NCBI GenBank assembly: GCA_964188305.1
Contig: OZ076888.1
DNA: 64,000 nucleotides
Direction: 5' to 3' (one strand)
Source: Podarcis bocagei
Taxonomy: Eukaryota
The translations under genes and the position numbers were made by a program. Below the pieces are notes generated by a model. That model searched no databases. It saw nothing but the letters and a program-made list of their open reading frames with translations, and was not told the origin of the DNA. Shown here one piece after another: positions 49,498-61,372 of the stretch; the stretch's first letter is position 1, and every line of letters starts with the position of its first letter.

Positions 49498-49863
49498 AAA
49501 TAATAAATAATAATATAATAATAATTTATTATTTATACCCCGCCCATCTGGCTGGGCTTCCCCAGGCACTCTGGGCGTCTTCCAAAAAAATATTAAAATA
49601 CTGTAATACATCGAACATTAAAAACTTCCCTAAACAGGGCTGCCTTCAGATGTCTTCTAAAAGTCTGGTGGTAGTTGTTCTCTTTGACATCTGGTGGGAG
49701 GGCGTTCCACAGGGCGGGTGCCACTACCGAGAAGGCCCTCTGCCTGGTTCCCTGTAACTTGGCTTCTCGCAGTGAGGGAACCGCCAGAAGGCCATTGGTG
49801 CTGGACCTCAATGTCTGGGTAGAACGATGGGGGTGGAGACGCTCCTTCAGATATACTGGACCA
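49498..49863 (-). mobile_element. L2 3' fragment
   Basis: same family as 44377. Confidence 0.9.
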
Positions 49864-50707
49864 AGGGATTTTGATGGCCACCTTCCCATCTCATGAAATC
49901 TCCCATCAGACTATGTTGCTCAGGCCAGACCTCTAACCAGACTGCATTTCCTCCCCCCACCGCCCCCCATCTTTTGGCTTGTAAATATCCAAGAATTACC
50001 CCAAAGCTTTTCCTCAGCCAACAAGCCGCAGTTCCGTAATGCAATACGAAAAGAACACGAGAAATCAGGAATGGGGCACTAGCGTTATAACCAGTAAAAA
50101 AATAATGCAATATAAACACCATGTCTGAATGCAGGCTGTGTAATTCTGTTAAACGAACAGAAACCATTATAAACTTCATGTGAAAGAAATGTTAAAATTT
50201 TGATATAGGGCAAGACGTGCTGAATCTTACCACCACCGCCTGCGTGTCTTTCTTCCCCAAAAAATCAGTATTTTTCTCATGGTGGCGCCCCAATACCATA
50301 AGTAACATCTGGCACAGCTAAATAAACACAATTTCAGGGATCAGAAGCAGCAAGAGAATTTCGCCTTCGTCCCACCCCACCCATACTGGATTTTTAAATC
50401 CCCCACTCCCAGCTTTTTAGGGAATTTGCAGCAGCCAGCTTGCGTCCCTCCTAGAATCATGTCTTCATGGCACCCTTATTGAACCATATACTGAAACCTG
50501 CATATATCTACCTTCATGTATCTGCAGAACTTGACGCCTGCTGTCAGTAGTGCCTGTCTGCTCTTGCAAACGCTTGTTTCCATTCCTCTATCTCTGAACC
50601 TTTGAAACACCCTAAATTGTCAGTGCTCAGCCATGCACTAGTTTTTCCACTTTTTTCCATTCTTTTGCTGTACACTCTTCATTTTTTATTATTATTTTTA
50701 ATAACCT

Positions 50708-50709
50708 CT

Positions 50710-50773
<64 letters not shown>
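50708..50773. repeat. (CTTT)~15 microsatellite in a polypyrimidine tract
   Basis: direct reading. Confidence 0.98.
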
Positions 50774-50791
50774 GTTTTCTTTTTTGTCAAG

Positions 50792-51508
50792 TCTCCCAGT
50801 TCTGAGCTGCTTTTCACACCAACTCCTCCACCTTTGGCCCCAATGCGCCCAGCCCTGTCTCCCGAGTTGCAGGCCGTCACCTCAGAGTGGATTTCCCTCA
50901 CCTTGGGGGCACCCCGTGGCCACGCTCCACCTGTCACCCCTCCATTACCACCTCTTCCCGACGCTTCTCTCTGCAACGTCGACTATCTCACCCCTTCGGC
51001 GGTGGCCAGCCCCTCGCCTTCCATCAGCCTCCATCCCTCTAACATGTCCAGTTCCTCAACCCCGACCTCTTTCGTCTCCCCGCTGCCTCCCTCCCCTTAC
51101 GAGCCGCAGTCGCCCGCCCAAAACCTCAGCCTGGCGGCTCAGCAAACCGAAGAGAAGTTTGCTAGCTCCCCTTCCCCGCAAATGAGCTACTGCGATTCGC
51201 CTTGCAGCCCCGACAGCTTCCTCTCAGAGCTCAGCGATGCCACTGAACGCCAAGGCAAGTTGCAGAAGAGCCGAGGGCCGAGCCGGAGAATGGAGAGGGA
51301 GGATTGCGTTACGGCCAACAGAAGTTGCGGTGGCATCCCTGAGATCTGTAGGGCGAGGGGCCTGTCAGAGCCGGAGAAGGCCGTTAGCTCACAAAAGAAA
51401 CCTCTTCACACCATTGAGGAGAGCACGCTGTATCAGGAGCAGGGAGGTAGCCCCAAGTGCAGTTATAAGCAAGTTGAACAGAGGGAAAATCAAAGCAGGC
51501 CCTTCAAG
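50792..51508 (+). CDS. SORBS1: SORBS1 proline/serine-rich cassette exon, 717 nt / 239 aa (SPSSELLF...ALSPELQAVTSEWISLTLG...SRPFK)
   Basis: in-frame tgtcaag acceptor, AAG|gtattt donor; ALSPE..AVTSEWISLT and TPPLPPLP match the recalled human insert between SH3-2 and SH3-3. Confidence 0.88.
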
Positions 51509-51604
51509 GTATTTCTTCTGCATGAGTGTCCTGAGGTTAACATCGCTGTACGTTTGAGTGTTGCCTGTGTGTGCTACTGACCCGGGTTGCAGCTCACACT
51601 AGCT

Positions 51605-51746
51605 CAGTGTTTCCCAGACTTGCATCTCCAGCTGTTTTGTTTTTTGGACTACAACTCCCATCATGCCTTGCTAGCAGGACCAGTGGTCAGGGATGATGGG
51701 AACTGTAGTCCAAACACAGCTGGAGACCTAAGTCTGGGAAACACTG
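51605..51746. mobile_element. palindromic hAT MITE
   Basis: TIR cagtgtttcccagactt; TSD cactagct/ttctagct. Confidence 0.88.
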
Positions 51747-51898
51747 TTCTAGCTGGTATATTCCTTCTAGCTTGACGGTAACTAACAGCAAAACTTTGTC
51801 CCCTGAGCCGGTTGCGTTGGAAGAGTCAACAGAGCGAAGATCACTTTGGGATGGGTCCCAGGTTGAGAAGTGGTTCTCATATATAGCCTAGTCCAGGG

Positions 51899-52325
51899 TG
51901 TTATGAAGTTCTCACCCTGGGCCAGCAGGGGGATACTGTAGATAGTTATGCAAATAAGGGATCGAAAGTGACGTTCAGTGATTGGATAGTTTCAGAAAGT
52001 TGTTACAGTAACGTTGTACTGGAGCTCTATATAAGCAGGCTGAATGAACCCTTCAGTTCAGTTCTGTCCTGGCCTGTGAATAAATAAGAGCTGTTTGGAG
52101 AATCGCTGTGTCGTCTGATATGTTCACCCACAACTTAACACTGGCGACGAAGGTGGGATGGATGGACAGCAGAGCACAGCCGGATGCAGCCACCCTCTGA
52201 GCAGAGCTGAATCACTGAGCTGAAACACCAAGTGAAATCACTGAACGTCACTTTCGATCCCTTATTTGCATAACTATCTACAGTATCCCTCTGCTGGCCC
52301 AGGGTGAGAACTTCAGTACATAACA
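51899..52325 (+). mobile_element. Gypsy-type LTR (51899-52140) + PBS + inverted partial LTR (52236-52325)
   Basis: tgtta...taaca termini, octamer, CCAAT, TATATAA, AATAAA, tggcgacga PBS-like site. Confidence 0.85.
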
Positions 52326-52820
52326 CCGAGCTTTCCAAAGTGTGTGTTGTGACACGTTAGTGCGTCGGCTGCAGTGTGCAGCTGTGTCGTGTGAATGTCC
52401 CTGGAAAGCGGTTAGTTTGACCTTTGGTTTGCTAGTAAAACTGAATTACTGTGTCCTGAAAGGATGGACGTCTAAAAAGGGTGTCACTGACATGAAAAGT
52501 TTGGAAAGCTCTAGCCTAGTCTGTTGGACGGTGGCTCTCAAAGAATGTGTCTTGAGAGCAGCTTTGCTTTCGTGATCCGAGGAATGCTGTAGGCAAAGTA
52601 GCTGTAGTCCGCGTTCCCGTAAGATGTTAGGACCCTGCTCAGGTATCCCAAATGGAAAACACTCTTTAAGCTATGGTGTCATTTAGCAAAACTGATGCAC
52701 TCACCCAGACAACAGCTAATGGTAATCTTGAGGGGTGGTGGTGGAGAGCAGTGAAAAAGCTTCTTCTCTGGTCCTCCAGGGAAAGGGCTTCCCATTGCCT
52801 TCCTCTGCCTCCAGCATATA

Positions 52821-53080
52821 CCGTATTTTTTGCTCTATAAGACTCACTCCCCCCCCCCCAAAAAAGTAAGGGGAAATGTGTGTGCGTCTTATGGAGCGAA
52901 TGCAGGCTGCACAGCTATCCCAGAAGCCAGAACAACAAGAGGGATTGCTGCTTTCACTGCGCAGCGATCCCTCTTGCTGTTCTGACTTCTGAGATTCAGA
53001 ATATTTTTTTTCTTGTTTTCCTCCTCCAAAAACTAGGTGCGTCTTGTGGTCTGGTGCGTCTTATAGAGCAAAAAATACGG
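52821..53080. mobile_element. Tc2-like MITE, short subfamily
   Basis: TIRs, TA TSD. Confidence 0.92.
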
Positions 53081-53175
53081 TATCTATTGCTTTTCCAGCC
53101 ACCCAATTTCATTGAGGGTTTGAACCTCAGCAGAACTGGCAAGCCTATGGTACTATCATCCAGACAGTGAAAGTA

Positions 53176-53360
53176 CCATATTTACTTGAGTTGAATGTGC
53201 CATCGAATCTAACGCGCACCTCAGTTTTCAGAACCTTGAAACGAAAGAAAGAGAGCATTTGCCAGCAAATGTAAATGTGCTGTTGAATCCAATGCGCACC
53301 TTAATTTTCACAACGTAATTTGGCCCCAATATGGTGAGCATTGGCTTTGAGTAAATAAGG
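53176..53360. mobile_element. second Tc2-like MITE family
   Basis: ccatatttactt / gagtaaataagg ends, TA flanks. Confidence 0.7.
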
Positions 53361-53590
53361 TAGGTAGTTGGCTGCAGGGCTGGGTCTTTTGCATAGGAGG
53401 ACAAAAAATATGGTTGCTGTGGGGCTGTTTTAGTAGGGATGGGGTATTCAAAACTGGAGAGGAATTCATTAGTTTACGTCCATCTCAGAAGGGGAGATGA
53501 TAGTACTCGCCAACGAGTTGTAGACCTGGACTAGTAACATGCAGGCTGGGAAAACTCTTAGCAGCACCAAAGGTGTTTATTTCAGCTGGA

Positions 53591-53916
53591 TGAAATATAC
53601 TTGGAGTCGAGAGTGGATTTCATGCTCTTTATTCAGCTCATAGTGGTGAGGAGGAATGAAAGTTTCCCCAAAGTATCTGCTTTATATACATTATTTACAC
53701 AATGGGCTGCACGTGATTGGCTAATTCCGGAATTCTCCTGTAGGCCAATCAGGTTGTGGATTTACTTCCACCTGGAGCTGGATTGGGTGGCTCCTGCAGA
53801 CCAATCATACTGCTGCATTGTTCTAGGACCAATCAGACTGCTGCATTTTGGATCCTATTGTTCTAGGACCAATCAGATTGCTGCATTTTGGATCCTATTC
53901 AACTCAGTACATAACA
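53591..53916 (-). mobile_element. solo LTR
   Basis: minus strand tgttatgtactga...tatttca, TATA and AATAAA; 5-bp TSD ctgga/ccgga; ~40-bp CCAAT-containing tandem repeats. Confidence 0.85.
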
Positions 53917-54428
53917 CCGGATCTCATATATTGGTTTTGGCATAACGCTGCGTACACAAAATACATGAAATTTGCCTCTCTCCTGCCCCAAAGAATCCCT
54001 GAAAGTGTAGTTTGCCCTTGCAGAGCTACAGTTCCCAGACCCCTTACAAACTACAGCTCTCAGCTTTAAAATGTACTTTTAAAATGCATGGTGTGTGCCT
54101 AACCCCTTGAGACCTGTGGAGGAACAACCAGAAAGGGATAGAATTTGTAAGTAAATATATTTCCAGGTGCACACTAATTCTTGTCTCAATGTTTTCAGGG
54201 GAGTCATGTCATTGAGCTAACAACATTCATTCAAAGCCCATTAAGCTTGCAATACTAATATGGGTCCCGACCACTTTGAAAAGGCATGCCTGTTTTTTGC
54301 ATGGACTTGTTGACGATACTTGCACCGAGTTCAGAACACGTTTTCTTGTTTGTAAGAGCATCATTGCTGCATTGATGTGTCGACGGGTCATTTCCCTTTG
54401 CTGACCAACTTTTCCTTCCTTTTAAAAG

Positions 54429-54545
54429 TCTGTCAACGCAAAACCATTCTCTCCATCTACTCTTCTGTCTCCCTCTGCAATTTCTTCCTTTGCGGTTAGA
54501 ACACAAGTACCTCCCAGACTCTCACGCACGGTCAACGTCCCACAG
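54429..54545 (+). CDS. SORBS1: candidate SORBS1 cassette exon, 117 nt: SVNAKPFSPSTLLSPSAISSFAVRTQVPPRLSRTVNVPQ
   Basis: ctgac branch + pyrimidine tract + aag, open phase 0-0 frame, strong CAG|gtaatc donor; no firm homolog recalled. Confidence 0.65.
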
Positions 54546-54741
54546 GTAATCACGGGAGTTTGGAGCCTGGGGGGGAATGTCATTGATTGATATTTCATGC
54601 TCACTGCTGTTGCTTATCAACATGTGAATTTCAGAGGCCAAGTACATCTTTTATATTTAGTAAATTGCTATGAGTATTAGATTAGGTTGGACTGATAAAT
54701 AGATTGTTGCCGCCTTAATCTGAGCCAGAGACCATCTAAGA

Positions 54742-54854
54742 CAGGCATAGGCAAACCCCAGCACTCCATCATCCCTGACCACTGGTCCTGTTAGCTAGGG
54801 ATGATGGGAATTGTAGTCCCAAACATCTAGAGGGCCGGAGTTTGCCTATGCCTG
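54742..54854. mobile_element. palindromic hAT MITE, internally deleted
   Basis: TIR caggcataggcaaac; perfect TSD atctaaga. Confidence 0.92.
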
Positions 54855-54949
54855 ATCTAAGAGCCAACTGTCTGCTCTGACTAGCAAAAGTAAAAGAAAT
54901 GTACAACACCAAGCACAAAAGGCATGAGGGAGGAAACTTTAAAAAAGTA

Positions 54950-55200
54950 CTTGAATTTTATAAAATAGCAGAAAGGCCTTAGGAAACGCTCAAGCCATTT
55001 CAGTTCAAAACCTTCTTCAGGGTCACAGTACAGTTCCTATTAAGGCAATAGCACGTCTTAATTAAGGTATTGCCTTAACAGGAAAACGGTATTCCTTGTT
55101 CCCCGCAAGGAGACTTTAAGTAAAACATGTCGGCCATTTTATAGGTCCTTCCTACTATTTTATACCATGGTGTTCTTTTAGAACTGTTTTGATATTTTTG
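54950..55200. mobile_element. Penelope-like inverted pseudo-LTR relic
   Basis: two opposed decayed hammerhead-like cores around a 17-bp inverted repeat. Confidence 0.5.
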
Positions 55201-55963
55201 CCTGTGTTTTATTTTTCTGGCTGTTATTCTGACTGCTAGCAGCCTCTCAAGATCTTCCTTTTTCAGCCGTATAAATTGGATCCTGTCTTCATTGAGAATA
55301 TTAATTGGTTGGGTTTAAGGTCGTTAGCTTCACAAGTGGTTAGTTCAAATGGTTGAACTGACCCTGTGGGGTGGGAAACATTTTCATTACGAGTGACGTG
55401 GAAAAAGTTGTATCTGGTGTTAATTAATAGGTAATAGTGGCCTAGATGAGCCAAGATCTGGCTCAATGTAAATCATTTTACTATATTCACAGGGATGAAT
55501 AAGGTACATTTATGGAACACTGCCTAATGTGCTAAATTAGCACAGGCCCTATTAATCTCAGCCAGGATTCCATGTTACTATCCTTATATAAACTGTGCAT
55601 AACTTTTTGGCTAGGCAAGGTTTTTGTGTTGGAATCACGTGGGTAGGTTCTCTTGCTATTTGTTAAGCTTTCATTGGCAGTGAGAGAGGTTGGGGGTCCC
55701 AGGGCATGGATGGTGGTCTGCAATGAGTTCTGTTTGCTTGTGTTAGGGAGCGGTTGTTAGGTCAACTTACCTATGCTATCAGTGGGTTCTTGCTGTTGTC
55801 TTGTTGGGCTGTGTGTGTAATAAAGGGGGGGAGCTACACCGGGGTGAAGGTGTCCTCTTTTATTTTTCATTGTGCTAGTTTCAGTTTCTTCGTTAGCTTT
55901 TCTGAGAGGGCTGTTTCCCATATGGTTTGGTACCAGTGGTCCATGTTCACTCCTAACAGGTCC

Positions 55964-56702
55964 GGTACGGCAAAGTACCGTATTTTTTGCTCTAGAAGAC
56001 TCACTTTTTCCCTCCTAAAAAGTAAGGGGAAATGTGTGTGCGTCTTATGGAGCGAATGCAGGCTGCGCAGCTATCCCAGAAGCCAGAACAGCAAGAGGGA
56101 TTGCTGCTTTCACTGCGTAGCGATTCCTCTTGCTGTTCTGGCTTCTGAGATTCAGAATATTTTTTTTCTTGTTTTCCTCCTCCAAAAACTAGTCTTGTGG
56201 TCTGGTGCGTCTTATAGAGCGAAAAATACGGTGCATTACAAAGAGAGACTTTGTCTGTGTGGACAACCCTGCGTGGGGGACTTTTATTGCAGTGCCTGTT
56301 ATATATAGACCCAAGAGACCGATCTATAAAACCCTTGTTTATGAATGGAACACATCTGAATAGGGTGGAAAGGGTGTAATGGCTGCTGCGCGACACTGAC
56401 GACTTTGTTACTTATAAAGTAGCACTCTATGCGTTGACAGCTAAAAAGATCAGGAGGAAAGAACTAGAGAAAAATAGCAGTCAACTGCAAAGGGGATTCG
56501 GATATTTAATTTGACACATCTTACCTGAGAATCTTCTGCTATTCTATTTAATGCAACAAATAATTTTAGTAGCCGCGACCGTGGTTTTATTGTATGTGTG
56601 GTGCCTGATTATTTTTATGGTTATTGTCTTTCGTTTTGCTCGCCTTCTGAATGATGCCATGGCCTATGGCTAGTGCTATAAAAAGGTTAACTGGAACTGG
56701 AG
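55964..56702 (+). mobile_element. RTE-X-like LINE 3' fragment inserted in L1
   Basis: RYGKV/HYKERLCLCGQPCVGD..LLQC..Y..R knuckle; (aactgg)n tail; duplicated caggtcc flanks. Confidence 0.6.
55978..56231. mobile_element. Tc2-like MITE, short subfamily
   Basis: TIRs; TA/TG flanks. Confidence 0.92.
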
Positions 56703-57104
56703 CAGGTCCCACCAGTGTCTAGTTATGAGGCTCCTGGCTGCTGAGAGTAGCTGGCTTAAGAGTTTTTTGTAGCGTGATTGTGCATTATCATCTTAGAACA
56801 TATTCAGTAAGGCCAGTTCTGAAGTGTCTTCTAATACCTGCTTTGTCCTTTTGCATATTTCTAGTAGGACTGATGTCCAAAAGTGTTTGATTTTGGGGCA
56901 GTCCCACTATATATGGAGGGAAGTGCCTGTAGAGGGGCAACCTCTCCAGCACTTTTGTGAGGTTTCTGGGTATATCAGCACCAACTTACGTGGTGTTAGG
57001 TACCATCTGTAGATAAGTTTCTGGGCAAGTTTCCCTTTGTTTTGGCTGAGATTAAAGGGTGGTTTTGACCACAGTTTAGTCCATTGGGTAGGGTTTATTT
57101 CGTA

Positions 57105-57225
57105 ACGTATTTTTTGCTCTAGAAGACTCACTTTTTCCTTCCTAAAAAGTAAGGGGAAATATGTGTGCTCTAGAAGACTCACTTTTTCCCTCCTAAAAAG
57201 TAAGGGGAAATGTGTGAGCAAAAAA
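57105..57225. mobile_element. deleted Tc2-like MITE with an internal ~51-bp tandem duplication
   Basis: tgctctagaagactcactttttcc.tcctaaaaagtaaggggaaat x2. Confidence 0.8.
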
Positions 57226-58025
57226 CCCATTGTTTTTTGATTGAGATGAGGAGGTTTGTGGGATTCTGGCCTATGGAGCAGTATTTTGTTATTTGTGGAT
57301 AGCATCTCTTTGTCATGTCCCTCTGCTGTCAGGAGTTTTTTGAAGGTGGTCAAAGGCCTAGTGGGTGCTGTTTTTATTGCTGGGGTGTTTAAGAAGGCAT
57401 GTAGCTGGTAGGGTGTTAGCCAGGTATTTGGGTATCCCCTAGTTTGTCTTGTATTTCTTACGTCGGTATGGGTTTATAGGCATCTGTTAGGTGGTGTAAG
57501 GCTTTGGCTTGCCAAGTTTTTACTTGGAAGTTTGGGGCTGTGTGATGGAGTCGTGGATTGTGGGCCCAGGGAGGTTAGTTGGGATGGGGTTGGAGACAGT
57601 TTGCCTACTTTTTCCTTCCATGTTTTAAACATGGACTGTGTGGACCTGTTTAGTCTTGCTGGGATTTTCCTTAGCTTGCTTTGGAAGAATGAGTATGCTA
57701 TGGCGGGGGTGTTTTCGATTGTGTCTATTTTCACGTGTGCCTATTGTTTCGTCTCGTCTTCTAGGATGTACGGGATTATGTGGCGCACTTGGTTGGCGAG
57801 GTGTAGTTTGGTCAGAATCGAGTATACACTTCCAAAATTAATGCTGAATACATTACTTCTGGTAAACGAGCTGCAGAACCGCTAGAGGGCCATGAAAAAT
57901 TGTGTCCCATGATTTTTAGACTCGACTACCCATGTACTATCTGAAACCAAAGGGGCTCATTGGTTGCCAGATGTGAAATATATTGCCATTCTTTTAAGCT
58001 CTCCAACCTCGCTATAATCCTATCT

Positions 58026-58144
58026 CAGTGTTTCTCAAATTTGGGTCCCCAGCTGCTGTTGGACTACAACTCCCATCATCCCTAGCTAGCAGGTCCCATG
58101 GTCAGGGATGATGGGAGTTGTAGTCCCAAGTCTGAGAAACGCTG
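58026..58144. mobile_element. palindromic hAT MITE
   Basis: ggactacaactcccatcatccct / agggatgatgggagttgtagtcc core. Confidence 0.85.
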
Positions 58145-59714
58145 CTAGATTGCAGCCTCCCAAATACAGGGTCACAGGTTTGGAACCTTCCCCCAAACTC
58201 ATAACAATAGTCTTAGAAAAGAAAAACCAAAGTGACAGAGTTTTTGGTGTTTTTTTTAAAAAAGGAAAACACAAAGGTGTGATCAGTTGTCTGTCCTTTT
58301 CTGAACAGAGGGCACTAAACACTGGATGTGTTTGTGTGTATGTCATGCTGCTAGCTGGAAGATCACATAATCCAGACTCTCAACAGCTAATTAGTGAGTG
58401 GCAAGGTGTTGCGCTAATTGCAGTAGGATGCAAGGCACAAGGTGTTGTCTTCCAAGCCAACAGATGATGCAGCAATTTGCCCTGCAACACACAATGTCTT
58501 GACAAGCTAGAACAGCCCTTGCCAGCTAGCCATTACAGACACAGTAGGAATTGAGAGACAAGTTGGGAGCTGAGTACATAGAACTGAGGTGCTCTTTGGT
58601 AACAATACAGCTGAAAGGACCTTTTTCACCTGTTATGAAGCCGAATCATAGAAATCATAAGGGAGAGGTTGCGTATCATAATTTCAACGATGTGAAAGAC
58701 CACTTTACCCAATTTGTTCTCCCCAGATTCTGTCTTGAGAGTTTCAGGAGACTGGTTAAAGTCTCCTGAGGTTATCTCTTGCTTAAATGGATGTCGTTGC
58801 TGTGTTGGGTTCTTTGAAATGGGAATTGAAACAGCACAGCTCTCGCCATCCATCGAGAGATTTTTGTATGTGAATAAGCGCCGTAAAAAATGAATCTGAC
58901 TTGTGTGCCTGAGCCCAAACGCATTCTTCTGCAGCTGACATTTATGTCTGTGAATTGTGACGGCTTGTGCCCAGTAACTTGAATGTACTGTCCTTCCGTC
59001 TAAGTGGAAAATTGCCACAGTAGACATTCCCAGTTATATAAAAGGGGGAGAGAGAGAGAGAAAAAAGAGAAATGAGTCGAAGCTAGCAGCAAAGTGTAAA
59101 CTTGGAAGCCTTCCTATCTACATCACTTGTGCCTGCTTCTCATATCCCCAGAAAGGACTCCCAATTTGTTCTTTTCCCCCCCAAGAGGGGCAGCTGTGCT
59201 CGTAGCAGCTTAAAGGCAAATAAATATATATTCTGGCCTGAGCTTTTGTGGCTAGAGTACAGTCTTAAATTGGCAGGCATATATACCACTTTGTAAAACC
59301 GTGTTGGCGTGGGTTTGCCACCCCCCATCCTGCTTTAAAATCAAGCGGTTTATAAATTTTGTGAAATAAAATAATAAATGCACATGTTTTGGGGGAGGGA
59401 TGAAGAGGTCCGCAGGTACAGAAATGCCTAAAGCATAAGAGTAATATAATCTAAGAATAAATAAGTAACATAATCATTAAATAATAATAAACCACAAACC
59501 ACGACAATTGCATTAAAGCAACACAAACACCCTAGCTCACAAACTGGTCAGCTAATTAACATGCAGTGGAATTTTTAAAAAAATAGCATAATATTGATTA
59601 ATCTAGGTGACATAACTGCATTTCCTGGTCAGTTATATTTCAGCCATTTCGCACAGTTGTTTCCTTTGTGGGCCCATTTGCTTTCAAACTTGGGTGCATC
59701 CCAGTTTCATAAAA

Positions 59715-59929
59715 CAGTGGTACCTTGGAAGTCGAATGGAATCCGTTCCGCAAGTCCATTCGACTTCTGAAAATGTTCAAAAACCAAGGCTTGGCTTCCG
59801 ATTGGAAGCCATGACGGATGTTCAGTTTCCAAAGAACTTTTGCAAACCAGAACACTCACTTCCGGTTTTGTGGCGTTCAGGACCCAAACCGTTCATCTTG
59901 CAAGTTGTTCGAGATCCAAGGTACGGCTG
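59715..59929. mobile_element. Tigger-like MITE
   Basis: cagtggtaccttgga / tccaaggtacggctg ends. Confidence 0.8.
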
Positions 59930-60627
59930 TAGTTTATTCATTTACCAAATATCCCCTTAATAGGAAACATGAGTGATCAAATGCCTACCTGTTTGGACGC
60001 AAAATGGTCCCACATGAAAAGTAAAGAACATACCTAAGGACCTCCATAGGTGTGTAAATATAAAGGAGTAAATTAAAAGAAAAAGTTAACGTGCTTGATG
60101 CTTGCATGTGCTTCTATATATAAAAAGCCCCCCCCCCCCGGTGACTGTGAGGAGTTACAGAATGTTGAGGACAAAAGAATAAGAAAATTCTAGGTTAATT
60201 CATCTCATTGTCTGGCAAATCCTATCATCAGGGGCTCCAAAGTGTATCTTCTTGCTCCAAGCAGTGCTCATAGGTATTCTGCATGTTTCCGTTTCCTCCC
60301 CTGGTAATTCCCCTTTAAATCACGGAGTCTAGAGTTTGTGCTCTTTTGTGTCCTTCCAGAGGAACTGTGCCATAATATTTTTTTGAACATCGGTCTTTAT
60401 TTTGCTAACCCATTTCATCTTCTAGCTCTTCTTCTTCTAATCCTTCTTGCCAGAGTCACAGTGTGTGCTCTACGGCACAGCCGTTTAATAATATCCAGCG
60501 GCGAATGTCATTTATGTCAAATTTCCCTTGTTTATTTTTGTTTTGCTTTCTTCCTATGATTTGAATTTGACTTGCTAGTGCATTTGCTAAAATGTCTCCC
60601 TTACCATGTGCTTTGGTGATCACACAG

Positions 60628-60687
60628 CCTTCTCATCATTCATTGAGGCCAGGACCAGATCTCACAGAATCTGAAAAGAGCTATGTG
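60628..60687 (+). CDS. SORBS1: SORBS1 cassette exon, 60 nt: PSHHSLRPGPDLTESEKSYV
   Basis: cacacag acceptor, GTG|gtaaga donor; matches recalled mammalian PSHHSLRAGPDLTESEKSYV. Confidence 0.9.
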
Positions 60688-61211
60688 GTAAGATCGCCTG
60701 AGATTCATATCTGCAGCCCCATTTTAGCATTGTTCATACAAGCGCCATTCTCTCTTATTTCCATTTCATACTTTTGGAGGTTAAGCAAAACAATACCGTA
60801 CACAAGAGGTACCAGCAGACTCGGAGTAATCCTGAGGTTTGCAGGTGCTTTATAAAAAAAAAAATCTTTAGAAAGGAGCCCTAAAGGGAGCAAACACCCC
60901 CTAACCATTTTCACAGGAACTCAGTGGCATGAAATGTTGTCTGACTGAGGTTGGGTGGGGTTGCGAGAACCAATTGGGAGAGGGAATGGAATGGCTGAAA
61001 AGTGAAAAAGTGAGGAGGAAGAGATACACAGGTGTTGATATGAGGTTGAATAATCCATCTCATTTTCTGGACAGGTCATTTCCTAATTCACCCTGAGAAG
61101 CTATTTTAAATGTTTCTGGAGGTAGACGTCCAAAGATTGTTATATAGTAGGGATTGAGAAGAACTGTGTCCTCATTCAAAACAAACACAAAAATGGAAGG
61201 AGGAAATTAGG

Positions 61212-61372
61212 AGACCCTCCAAGTGTCCCTATTTTCCAGGGACAGTTCCGGATTTTCAGAAGCTGTCCAGGTTTCTGATTTCATCCTTAGGACGTCCCTA
61301 GTTTCATTGGAGAAATGTTGGAGGGTATGGAATAGGATGTCCCTATTTTCATCAGAGAAACGTCGGAGGGGA
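61212..61372 (+). mobile_element. hAT-like MITE of the accctccaa family without L2 cargo
   Basis: gaccctccaagtgtccctattttccaggga start; two tandem ...gaaatgttggagggtatg units. Confidence 0.7.

Larger units (their letters stand above)
55260..57860 (-). mobile_element. L1 LINE 3' fragment with nested insertions
   Basis: YRWYLTP...CWRGCPSTGTSLHI*WDCPKIKHFW; LSAARSLITRHW; WETALSEKLT; outer boundaries approximate. Confidence 0.8.
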
